Shown: positions 38,101 to 50,100 of the stretch, piece by piece
Numbering within the stretch: the stretch's first letter is position 1
Layout of the letters: the number at the start of each line of letters is the position of its first letter
Source: Dipteris shenzhenensis
Taxonomy: Eukaryota
NCBI GenBank assembly: GCA_047967505.1
Contig: CM106538.1
Reading direction: 5' to 3' (one strand)
DNA: 64,000 bases
The notes under the pieces: generated by a model
The model's database searches: none
What the model saw: the letters and a program-made list of their open reading frames with translations, nothing else
Told to the model about the DNA's origin: nothing
Position numbers and translations under genes: made by a program

Positions 38101-41100
38101 ACTTGTTTGGCTGAGGTGGCTGGCCTTTTGGCTGGCCTGTGAGCTGTTAGATTGCCCCAGAAATTGGGGATTGTTAGTTGCTTAATAAAGAGGATCTTAG
38201 AGACATAGAGAGAGAGAGAGACTTCAAAAAGAATCCGTGGTTGGGTGGACTAGTAGAAGAGAAGCCCTCTTGTTTAGGCTTGTATCAATGTGAGGGAGCT
38301 TGTTGGTTGGCACGCCTTGCATCTTTTAGGTGTTGTTGATCACGCTATTGATTGAAGATCTATATCGAGTACAATGGAGCATCTTGCATAGCTGATCACT
38401 TTATTAGATTGAGGATCTCTATCAAGTACATTGAAGTATGTTGCGTTGCCTTATCAACTAGATTGTTTTAACATTTTTTTGTTTAGATGCTTGTTTAGAA
38501 GAGACTAAAATGTAATCATATAATCTTCTCAAGCAGTTGTAGCTTGAATGAAGAGAATGTGGACTACATTTGTTTAGCCTTTTCCTTTCGTGGTTGCCTT
38601 TCTCACGAGTGAGTCTTTCCTTTATCTTCGGAGTGCTGATAGAAACTTAGAATGAGAGGGTCTTCATTAATGGATGCTCAAGTAGGTGTGGGCCTTCGGA
38701 TTTGTTTTTGTGAGAGCATATGTTTATACTATGGTTTACACCCATGGTTGGGGATGACAGTCGTGGAGATGCCTTAGTAGCTTGTCGTAGTTTGTGGTTT
38801 TTAACCTTATGAGTGACTATCATGAGATTGAAATTGCACTATATGTTGTTTTTGGAAAGTGAGCTTTGGCATGTTTCTAGATTCTTTTTTTGTTGTTGCA
38901 AGAAGTAAATTCTATTAATCCTAGAAAAATCGTACAACCAACTTCCAATAGGGCATGTTTCTAAAGCACCTAATTTCACGTGCCGTCAACATATTACCTC
39001 CCTAGACCTCAAAGCCCCACACACTAGCAATAGTGAGACAAGTGTATTACATAGGTGTTGCAAACTAGTTTTGGGTTTGGGATTCGATGTTTGATGAAAC
39101 CCTAAATTTGAAACCTAACACCATTTGTTAGGCTTCTTACATATATTCTCAAAAGTATACTATTGGCACTATCTTGCATCTATCCTTTTCTCCACACATT
39201 TGTGCCACCTAAGCCTTACTTGGATTTCATGCTACTTGAGAAGACCAAGACTTTCTTCTTCTTGGACCAGCATTGTACCTGCTTATATATTCTAGCCATG
39301 ACTTCTATGTGATTTATAGGGACTCAATTTCACCAACACTTTCTTCTTCTTGGACCAGTATTGTACATGCTCATATATTCTAGTCATGACTTCTATGTGA
39401 TATATAGGGACTCAATTTCTTCCATCCTTCGTGTATTGATTTTGAAAACCATGTAAAGTGCCATTTTGAAGTCAAGAAGACATTGCAACATGCCTTCTTC
39501 TTGGACTCTCTTCCATGAGACACCGAATGTGTTCAAGGGTTCTTTTTTGTACCATGTTCTTTTCAAAATCTCAGCTTGTCCCTTGTCCCATTGGCTGAAT
39601 TTTCCATGATGGTTTTGAGTTTATTAGGTTTTCTTTGGTCTCCCTCTTTATGTAGTAGTTTAATCTAAACTTTTAGGGATAGAGAGCTATACAAACTTTT
39701 AGGGGTGTATGAGATCCCGTTGAGTGCATGAAGTTTTTTTTGCTATGTTGGAGAGGTGTTGAGCCTTACCCTTATGAAGACGTATGGCAATGGAAGGGGA
39801 CTACTTATCCTTTGGGGCATTGGTATAATTGTGAGACATTAGGAGACTACTTATCCTTGATGCATTAGGGGACTACTTATCCCCTAATGAAGACAGATGG
39901 CAATGGAAGTGGACTACTTATCCTTGATGCATTGATATAATTGTGAGTGCCTGTTATAAAATGTGTGTGATCGGGCTAGAGCATCCCTTAGGGATTTTTG
40001 GATGCTTTGGCTTGTGCTTGGTTATGGGGCAAGGTGTGGGACTCTTGTAAGCGGTGCACTTTGTGCATTGTCGACATGTATACGGGTTACTCTTGTTAAT
40101 CTAACATGGTATAGGAGTTGCTTGTCTTGCCATATTGTGTGCCATACAATTACTTGTGATTGATCTGTGGTGGTTTGTTTGGGTAATTTGGACTACACGG
40201 TTGTTGCTCACTTGTGCTTGCTTGTAGTTATCTTGTGGTGAATGCTTTGTTTTGAGTGGTTGTGCATGTGACTAAAGGCGGCAGTGTGGGATATGGTGAC
40301 CCATGGTTGTTACTATGTGGACCTCGTGGCTGGTGTGTAGGGATTTGCATCTGTTGATAGTTCGGTTAATGGTTTGTTGTGATCATGGCAATTGTGATGT
40401 TGCTATTAATGTGGTGAGTTGTGCAATATGTAATGTTTGAGGGGTTGGTTCATGGTGGTATACTAGACATGCGTTGAGCCTCACCCCCTTGTGAGTACAT
40501 GTGGCAATGCATTTGAAAAGAGGGATTTTGTCATGGTAAATGGACGATGGCATTACTTGAGCATATGAAGAATCTCTTGACAAATTATTGTGATGATAAG
40601 AAAGAAAGCCTAGGAAGCTTGGCACGATTTTCAATGCTTGCACTAACACATTGGACAAGCTAAAAGGGTGATACAAAATCACTCAAACAAGCCGAGCGAC
40701 GGAAGCATATACATGTCGAACATAGAGAACATTAAAGGTATGAAAGTGCTTGAAGTGAGACCAAAACTTGTCAACACTAGCTCGTATTGGATACAAAAAT
40801 AGACTCTGCAGCTAACCCCCCTCATTTGCTTGTGTATATTGTCTTTTGAATAGAGTGCTTAAAATGAGGGACTTTGCCTCCTTGAAAAATGGGTGTTCCG
40901 TGTAAGTACATGCATGCACTCAGCTAATCACATGTTTTCTTTGATAACCTTGCTTTTCAAATAGGGAAGGCACATGTTGGGAGTGTGTGTAAGTGTAAGT
41001 TTAAGTCTGTGTAAATGTAAGTGTAACAGGGGGGTACTGGTAAAGTAGCACTGGCTCCTAATAGGAGTTGGGTGTATGCTTACTGTGTAAAAGTGCAAGT

Positions 41101-44100
41101 TGTAAAAGTGTGAGTGTAAGCGTGTGTAAAAGTTAAGTGTGTAAGTGTAAGTGTTTGCGCTGGTAAAGCAGCACTGGCTCCAAATAGGAGGTTGGGTGTA
41201 TGCTTAGGTGTAAAAGTGTAAGTTGTAAAAGTGTAAAGGTGTAGAAGTGTGAGTATGAGTGTAAGTATGAGTGTGAGTGTGAGTATAACAGGGGGTATTG
41301 GTAAAGCAGCACTGGCTCCAAATAGAAGGTTGGGTATATGCTTAACTGTAATTAATTGCTGATTTCTTGCCAGCCTTCAATGCTAGCATAGAAGTTCTAG
41401 ATCCTAATGCAAAGTTGTGAATTCAATTTTTATTCAATTTGTGGGTAGCCAGCGAGCATATGTTTGGGTACATATATTTTCTAAATTTTTTTACTGTGCT
41501 TCCCGCTGGATACTTGCACGCTGTTCTCCCAGGTTTGTGAGAAGTCTCTTGCTTTGTCACATGGTGAACTTGCGGTAGCTCCTTCAGAGCAATTTGTCCG
41601 AGCAAAGATGCAATCCAGTGGGTTTCTAATTAGGCCTTACGGGAATGTGGGGTCTATCGTCTACATTGTGGACCACATGGATTTACAGGTAAGACATGCT
41701 TCAGCTTCCTATTCAATGATCTGTTGAGGTCAGTTCTTTGTTGATTAATGATTTTCTGTTAAAAAATATGACTGGTGCCCAATTTGCATGTTACTCAGCC
41801 TGGAACTGTACCTGAGGTTCTGCGGCCACTGTATGAATCATCTTCTATCTTAGCTCAAAAGATGACAATGGGGGTAAGATAGCGTTGCATTGTTTGTATA
41901 TGGAGATGTTCTTATGCGATGATATTATGTTGGAACTTGCAGTGATTCATTTTTTACAATTGAAATGCAGGCTATGCGATATCTCCGCACAGTGGCTCAA
42001 GATATTGATATCCAGTCTGTGCCCGGACGTAATCTGCAACCTGTTGTAATAAGAACTTTAAGGCAGCGCATGGCAAGGTAGATATGTTCCTTGTCTCTTC
42101 CTCACATTCAAGAGTAGTTAGAATAATTTGAATGACATGTTCACCTTTTTTGGCAGAGGCTTCAATGAAGCTGTAAATTGTATGCCTGATGATGGATGGT
42201 CATCTGTGGCAAGTGATGGGATGGATGATGTTATGCTTGCCGTGAACACATCTTCAAGTGCACATTTGTCTAAACGGCAGTTCTTGCTTTGTGATAAGCT
42301 ATTCTCTGTGGGAGATGGTGTTTTGTGTGCGAAGACGTCACTATTACTACAGGTTGGACTTCACCCAACTCGGTACCATTTTAAAGAATGGGAGATGCTT
42401 TAATGTGCACAAAATGTCTGATTCCTTGTTCTATTGAAGCTAACAGCCCTTGGTTGTACAGATGAAGCAATTCTCTTCACCGTCAAAGAGATGCAATGTT
42501 TTGCAGCTTTCAATAATATTCTCTGTGCTTTGATCTATTGAGATGCATGCAGTTTACCTGCTTTGTTACTTTACTGGCCTTCTTACTGATGCAGAAAATC
42601 ATACTTTGCTTTCAACATTGTTCTATATAACAGCATGGAATCTTTGCTGAATGCATCAAGGTGTTCTTAAAGCGACTCATGACTGTATTGGCTCTCTATA
42701 CTTCTTCTTGCAAGCAGTTGGTAGTAGACTGTAGTACCTTTGTTGATTGGCTGATGTGGTTTTCTATTTGCAAGGATCCCAGCTTTTTCCGTGGAAACTT
42801 TGTTTGAAAACTAAAATTATGCTCTTTTATTCATACTCAATTCTAGATTGAGTGAAGGTAGCCTACACTAGCTCTCAAAGAGCCTTCTTCCTAATATTAT
42901 TTAGGGCTCATGCATCCGTTTCTGGGCATTAATGTTTCATGCATGGGTGAAGTTGGATGTTCATCTTGCTAGTCAATTTAAGAAATAATATTATAAGAAT
43001 TCTTATTCTATCTTCTTGTGAATGGTACATTTTAGTTTAGAGGCTTAGACACCTTAGTTTATTATTGACTCTTCATTCTTTCTTTTAGCAAGGCCCTCTT
43101 CATTAAAATTGAAAGGTCCATAGAATGATGGACTCGAATACGAAACATTGGAATAGATTTGAGATTGGTATGATGTAAGCTTTAGGCACTAAATCCAAAG
43201 TCGAAGGAGGTAAGTATCTTAGAATACATGAAATGGTATGATGTAAAATTTAGGCACTAAATCCAAAGTCGAATGAGGTAAGTATGATATGCCTAACTCG
43301 GCTTTATAGAGAGCATGTTGCTCATGAAAGTTTTGCTTGTCTGTGTATTAAAAAGTTTTAGACTAAGATATTGGTATTGAGATTGGTTTGATGTAAGCTT
43401 TAGGCACTAAATTCAAAGTTTTAGATTTGAGATTGGTATGATGTAAGCTTTAGGCACTAAATCCAAAGTTGAATGAGATAAGTGTTAGAAATAGAGGATA
43501 GAATCACTCACACCTCACATTCCCGATCTAGCTCAAACAACACAGACGGAGAGAGAGCAAAAACTACTCCTCCAAAATAGTGGGCAGACAAAAGCTCAAG
43601 AGATGAGTGTACACCTCACATTCCCGATCTAGCTCAAACAACACAGACGGAGAGAGAGCAAAAACTACTCCTCCAAAATAGTGGGCAGACAAAAGCTCAA
43701 GAGATGAGTGTACACAACAGCCAACAGATGCTGTCCAAGAACTTGAGGCTACTCCTCTCCGTGTGTGCTTGCTTGTGCGAGTCTTGTTTGTGCAGGTGAT
43801 GAGAAATGAGGGGGGGAGAGGGGGCCTATTGCTGGGCTGTAAAAACTGACCAGCAGGGGGGCGGCCCTCTGCTGCAGGATCGACCTTCTGGGCCCCACCC
43901 CCGACCAGGTTGGTCGGCCTTTTGAAGGCTGAACTGGCCGCCTTTGGTCAGGGGCCTATATGGCCTTTTGAAGGCTGAACTGGCCGGCTTCGGTCAGGCC
44001 TATATATAGGCCCATGTGGCACATGGGCTGCTAACGCAGTGCGCAGGCCCTGCCTATTGCTTTTCTAGGAGTCGCCTAGGATGCCGCACCATTCCCTCTT

Positions 44101-47100
44101 GCTGCGCGGGTTCTAGCCTAGGTGGGCAGCCCCTGCCAAGCTTTTTCTGCAGCATACAGGTCCCTGTTCCACTGCTCCAACCTGCTTGTGAATGGCTGCT
44201 CCAGAAGGTATGATGATCTCAGCACCTTGCTGCCTTTGAAGACAGCCAAGGTCCAGCCTCTCCCTAGAGCTAAGTCTGCAGCACCTGTTGCACTCTCTCA
44301 CCTCCTGTAGATAGGCCCAGAGGGTAGGCTTCCTGCTGCTCCTTTCTGCCCTGGAACTGCTGGCTGCTGGATAATGAAATGAGGCCTATGGCCTCTGCTT
44401 TTATAGGCCCGAAGGGCCCCTTGAAGTAACCGACCAGTCAGCCCTAAATGGGCCGACTGGCTGGTCTGTTTGGGACGACCAGTCTGCCCCAAAACCAGCC
44501 CTTTAAGGGCTCCAAAACTACGGCCCTTTGGCCCACACTTCTAGGGCTTTTGGCCCTCCAATCTAGGCAAGGACCCAGCCTATTTAAGGCATGCCTCTGC
44601 CCACTGGCAGCCCCATTTGCTGCTCCACCAGGCCCCAGCCTTGTCAGTGCCTGTTCACCCTGCTGCTGCTGGTTCTGCCCTCTGCCAAGCTCTTCTTCAG
44701 CCATGTGTGCAGTGCTGTACTGAACCGTACTGCTGCTGATGTCATCGTGCCCTGCCAGGTCAGATCTAGGGCTTGCTGTCCCCGCCTTCTGCTCCTTCCA
44801 CAGGTTCCGTCCTTTGCAGCCTTCTTCTCTTGTGAGGTGCTGCCCATGTGGCAGCCCCCTCTCTCTCTCTTCTCTGGGCATCTTCTGTCCTAGGCGCTCT
44901 CCTCATTTGGGGGCTTACAGATGGGGGGGTGACCTTTCCAACATCCCTCAACATCCCTCAACTCTAATAAGCCATAGAAGTAGTTTTGCCCACTCCCCTT
45001 GAACACTTGTTACCACTTCTTGCCCATATGCCACATCCTCCATGTATTATATCGCGCATGTCCATTGCTACATGCATAGGACTCAGATCATTGCTCTAAT
45101 CCTATTGTAGAGACATCCAAGTGTGCAGAGCATGAGCCCCCATTTTCATGAAGGAACGAATCGAAATTGAGGGTATATCATATCCAAGCCATGCAAGGTT
45201 ACCTTAGTCATGCAAGCAATAGACGTGGGATGACTAAGGGAGGCCTCATATCCTCCTTGTTGTCAATCGTCATTGATGAGAGTTTCAAAGAGTCTAGTGC
45301 AGCCTTTTTGTAGATCAAACTAGCGGAATCTTATGAGAGCTTCGTCAATTTAAGGTGGACACACAAGTTCAGGGTAACCTTGTTAAAGAATTCAAGGAAC
45401 CAACAAGAAAAACGAAGGTGGCTATGATGCATATCTTTTGCTTGTTGTTTGATAGTCATAAATCCAATTTTTGTTCTTTGATAAAGTTTGGAGGGTTTAG
45501 GAGGATACCTGGAAAATTGTGGTGATGACACACGGGTAGAATAATGCATCGATAACACTCTAGAAGAATAATGCAGCAATGTACACCCGTTAATCTGTTA
45601 CAATCGCGATTTCAATTCATGTCAATTATCTTGACGTCAAGAATTGTGGGGATAACAAACTAGAACAATATTTGCATCAATATCCACCCGTTAGTCCGTT
45701 ACAATCGCCATTTCAATTCATGTCAATTATCTTGACTTGTTGAAAGAAGTTTTCTCCAATTCGCCTCCATTACTTGGAGTCCTTTCTATTACACCTCCAC
45801 CTCCACCTCCACCTAGATCTGTTCCGAATTCTCCCTAGTTAGTCTTTCAAACACCCTTTCTTGTTGAAGGTAATTTGTAACAATCTCTTTTGCAATTTAC
45901 ATTAATAATCTTGTCTTGTTAAAAAATGGGTCTTCTTAAATTGAAAAGTTCCTTGAACAACTAACAGCTGTTATATCTCTTCCTTGAAGAAGTCTGTCAA
46001 GCATGGACTTTGTTGTTGAAGCTTATTCGTTAGAACCACTATTTCAATTTAATAACTTTGACTTGTTATAACATGGGTCTTCTTAAATACAGGTATTGTA
46101 TCTCTTCCTTGGAGAAGTCTATTAAGCGTTGAATTTACCTCGATATTTAACATGAGAAGGAGCATTCAAACCTTAAGATGGAGTAGTTGTGAAAGAGACG
46201 TTCTCGACTTCGCCTCTCTTCGAGTGGCCACTGAAATATCTTCCTAGAGCTTAGAGAATCTCTTATAAATCACTTGCTTCTACTAAATTAGGTGCCATTG
46301 AAACCTCTTACAAAAGGGTTGAATGAGGTGTGGCATTTGGTAGACTTTTACTTTCATGTCTGTTGAAAATTAGGGTTTATTCTTCCACCTTTGTTGAAAA
46401 TTAGGGTTCATTCTCCCACCTGTAAGCCCAGTCGAGCATTGGGACATGGGACCAAGGTAGGATTTGGGGGTTGAGAGTCTACTGTATGAGCATCAGGTTT
46501 GGATGCCACATAGGTAGATGTAGGTAGAGGGGATCATCCACAAGGTATTTGGGCAGCACTGTAGGCTGCCACATAGGCTGTTGCACAGTTTGTTGTCAGA
46601 GGTCAACAGGAGCTCTGAAAGAGTGCAAATCTACAGGCTGGCACTGCAGGGCTGTTACAGCAAACACAGTAGACAGTACAGCAACAGTACTGAGGATCTG
46701 CAGGGCCGGGAAGGTCAGAGAACATGGTGGTCACAGGTTGGCGAAGGCTGGAGCAGAAGATGCAGAACCTGCAAAAGGTGCTTGAAGAGAGCTTTAATTA
46801 GTTAAATAGGCAAAGAAGGCTGCAGCAGGTTGGCAGTTACACAGATTGCCCGTTGGCAGTCCAGGAGAGGGCAGACTGCAAGGCTGCAGTGCTGCAGACA
46901 CAGGTGACCAGTGGCAGAAGGCCACGTGGTACCTTCAGGCAGATTCAGCAGACTGGGTGGGCCCAGTCTGTGGCCGGTCAGATCAGACCTGGAAGAAAAG
47001 AAAAAGTTTATTATAGTCTTCGGAAGACCGATGGGACTATGAGACTATAAGAAATCTGATGCAACAAGCTGAAAGAGTTGAGGTCCTAAAATGAGCATCG

Positions 47101-50100
47101 TCACCCTGTTGGGAAGGTTATCCCCCCATGTGTAATCCCCCAAATGAGGAGAGCTAGGACGAGGATCTGAGGCCAGCAACCGTACGAAGCTGTATGAAGG
47201 CTTGGGACAGCAGGTGCGGAGCTGGAGGTCTGGATCCAGAGGCTTGAAAGGGCCTGAACCAGGTCAGAACCTACAAAGGACAAGGGCGCCTACATGGAAG
47301 GGCCTTTGGTCTTGGTAAAGGGCCTGCAATAGACCTCTATCTGAGGTTCAAGGGTGGCAAAATGCCATGTGTCCGGGTGGAAGAGCAGAGCCCAGCAAAA
47401 GGCTGGCAAACCCCCCTCTATATAGCCCCACAAGACTGGTGGGGGGAGGGAGCTAGTCGGCCAGGCTGGTTGGCCACATGGCCCAGCACACAGCCCCAAA
47501 TATGGGGGAAGGGGAGGGGGCCAGCCAGGTCAGCTGGCACACATATCAAGGGGGCTGGGCCCCAACTTATATGCCGAAAGCTCACATCCCAAAAAGAATG
47601 CGTACAGCCAAATGTGCAGGGCCTGGTGGGGTCGGTTTTAGGCGGGCTGAGTTGTCCAGAAGGAGGAGCCTGGTCGGTCCTTTTCTAGGGGCCTTGAGGC
47701 CTATAAAAGGAGCCCATTGTAGGGCATTACATCATCCAGCAGGCCTGCAAGTTCTGGAGCAGCAGTACAGAGACCCTCAGAGGCCTACATTCAAGAGGCA
47801 GAGGAGTCCAAGAGTAGCTGCAGACTGAGCTCACGTAGAGCTGGCGCCTTGGTTGTTTTCTAGGGCGGCAAGGAGCTGAGGTCTTTGGATGGAGAGTCTA
47901 CATATGCTCAAGGTGGAGCATGCAAGCTCAGCGTTACAGAGATATCTGGCTGATAGTAGAAGTACCTTGTGGTAAGGTCAAAGGATCACGATTTCGTGGA
48001 ACTTCGTGGAACTTTGGATCTATCTCTTTTGTATTGTGTTCATAGCTTTGGATGAAATTTCTTTTTTGGGTGGAATCTATATTTGGATGGATCATTGTCT
48101 ATTTACTCGTCTGCACATTTATTTGAAGCACATAAAGTTAAGAAGTTTGTGATTGCACTTAATATACATTCTTTGAGCTCTTAGGCTATTCTATTAGTCT
48201 TCCGTTGTGCGTACCCTTTGTTAGTGGATTTCTAACATGGTATCAAAACCCAAGTAGGAGGCTCACAAGTGTGGAAGCTTGAAGGTAGGGATCTTGCTTA
48301 AGGACCTTGCTGAAGTACAGAGTTCTTGTCTACAAACGGTTGAGTTTGCTTTTGGATTTTGTTGTGTGGTTCAGTAGCAGAGATCGATTTCAAAAGTAGA
48401 AGCCTCTTCAGTCCCTTCTCCCTTCCTCCTAGCTCGTTGAGTTTTTTCTTTCCCCATCCCTAACTTTGGAGAGTCTGGGAAACGTGACAGGACTAACTAT
48501 CCTATCAGGAAGATAAAAAGACTTGTAGTCATTTAGTGGCTCGAAAATTGTGAAAATTGACAACGAGAGCGGAGAACTCGGAGGATGTTGTGGACAACTA
48601 GGGGAGGATACTTATAGAGTAGATGGAGAGGGATGAGGGAGATTGATGAGGGAAGTCGGCCTTGATGGTACTTAGGAGGCTACCACCAAGTTTCAAAAGC
48701 TTTGTTACGATTGTGATAGCAAGACGGAGGATCAAACCTTTTACTTTTAAGGAGTTGGGCCTTTGACAGAAGCTAGGGAGAAGCTCTATAATGACCACAA
48801 CAATGACAAGGCGTTGGCAAAGGAAAGGGGAAGCCTAAGGGTAGCAAGCCTAAGAAGGATGATCGTGGAGATGAAGAGGACACTTTCAAGAAGAGGAAGC
48901 ATAAGAAAAAGTGAAATTGTGACGAGCCATGCCATTTTGTGAACGATTGCAAAAAAAAGGTGGATCCGAAGATCAAGGAGTCCAACTCAGGCTCAGATGG
49001 TGATACAAAAGCGAAAGGTAATGTGGTGTTTGAAGAACTGTTCTTAGTGACATCTCAATGTTTTACTGAGATAAGATACGCCAACATAGAAACCACAGTG
49101 AAGATGTTTGACATTGAGATGTGGGCTGACGAGGAGTTAGAGACCTTTGTGAAGGTGAAGGACAACTTGGAGTAATTGGAATCTTCTAGGTGCGTGGTTG
49201 TTGATACTGACACAAGGGTGGGTTCCATGGAGTGTCCTAGGATTTTAGGTACATGTGGTTTGTAGAATGCAGAAGAGGGCAATACAAGATTACACAAGTT
49301 ATTAGTATGTGCCTCGATGAGGTGCAAGGTTTGCTTTTAGAGCAAGCACACAGGTAGTACGAGGTTTTGGTATGTACATGGTGTAATTAATTTATGCGTT
49401 TATAGTATGCTATAGAGAGGATCTGCTCTTTAAATGTCTCAGGTAATGTGAGATTGGAAGGAATGGGGCTTCTTCAAAGACAGAAGTAAAAGTGTGGTTG
49501 CTTCTTGAATTCTTGGATGCATATTATTAGAATGTGATTATGGACAAGGTGTACTGAAATCAGAAGAGTACTTGCTTGAGAGCTCAGGGAGAGTTTGAGG
49601 TCAAGGTTATTATATGGATTCATTTCTCGAGACGGTTCCTTTTTTGCGGACCTTGCCAGAAGAGCAGGTTGAAACAGATCCTCAGAGCATGGTGCTCAAA
49701 AGACTCCAGGTTGCTGACTCATTATGAGGGGGACAATTGGAAGATGGTGGCGTTTGGATTGTTCGAGTCCTAAGATGAGAACGTGAGTGAAGCTCGTGGT
49801 TCCGTCTCATGTTGCCTTCGATGGACCTGTGTACCAAGATGATTTGCTTGTGGAAGATTGGACCTGGAGAAACAAGAGCCAAAACTCGGAACCAGAATCG
49901 ACACTGGATTGTTCCAGAGGGTTCCATCATGGGACTTGATGGGGCAACGTCATCAACATGTTTGCATTAGGCCGAGATGTGTTGGTAAGGGGGGGTGTTG
50001 GGAAGGTCATGTTGAGGAGAGCATGGTGGAGGGAGACCTAGGATAAGAGGATCTGAGGCATCAAGAACATGTAGTTGTATGGAGGCTTGGGACATTAGGT

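Larger units (their letters stand above)
28133..38287 (+). mobile_element. Internally deleted Ty3/gypsy chromovirus LTR element, host of two nested insertions
   Basis: 5' LTR 28133..28484 and 3' LTR 37141..38287 (interrupted). PBS TGGTATCAAAGCC at 28486, PPT AAGGGAAAGGGAA at 37128..37140. TSD ATGTG on both sides. Integrase C-terminus plus chromodomain ([39 protein letters not shown]). RT and RNase H absent. Confidence 0.9.

Noticed and set aside
37560-38102. 180-aa and 124-aa ORFs with repetitive Leu/Ser/Pro sequence
   Set aside because: They arise from CAGATCTGGAGCAG repeats inside a TSD-bounded solo LTR and have no domain signature.
43161-43482. Repeat-spacer-like pattern suggesting a CRISPR array
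   Set aside because: Repeats are degenerate, spacing is irregular, spacers share sequence, there are no cas genes, and the context is a plant intron.
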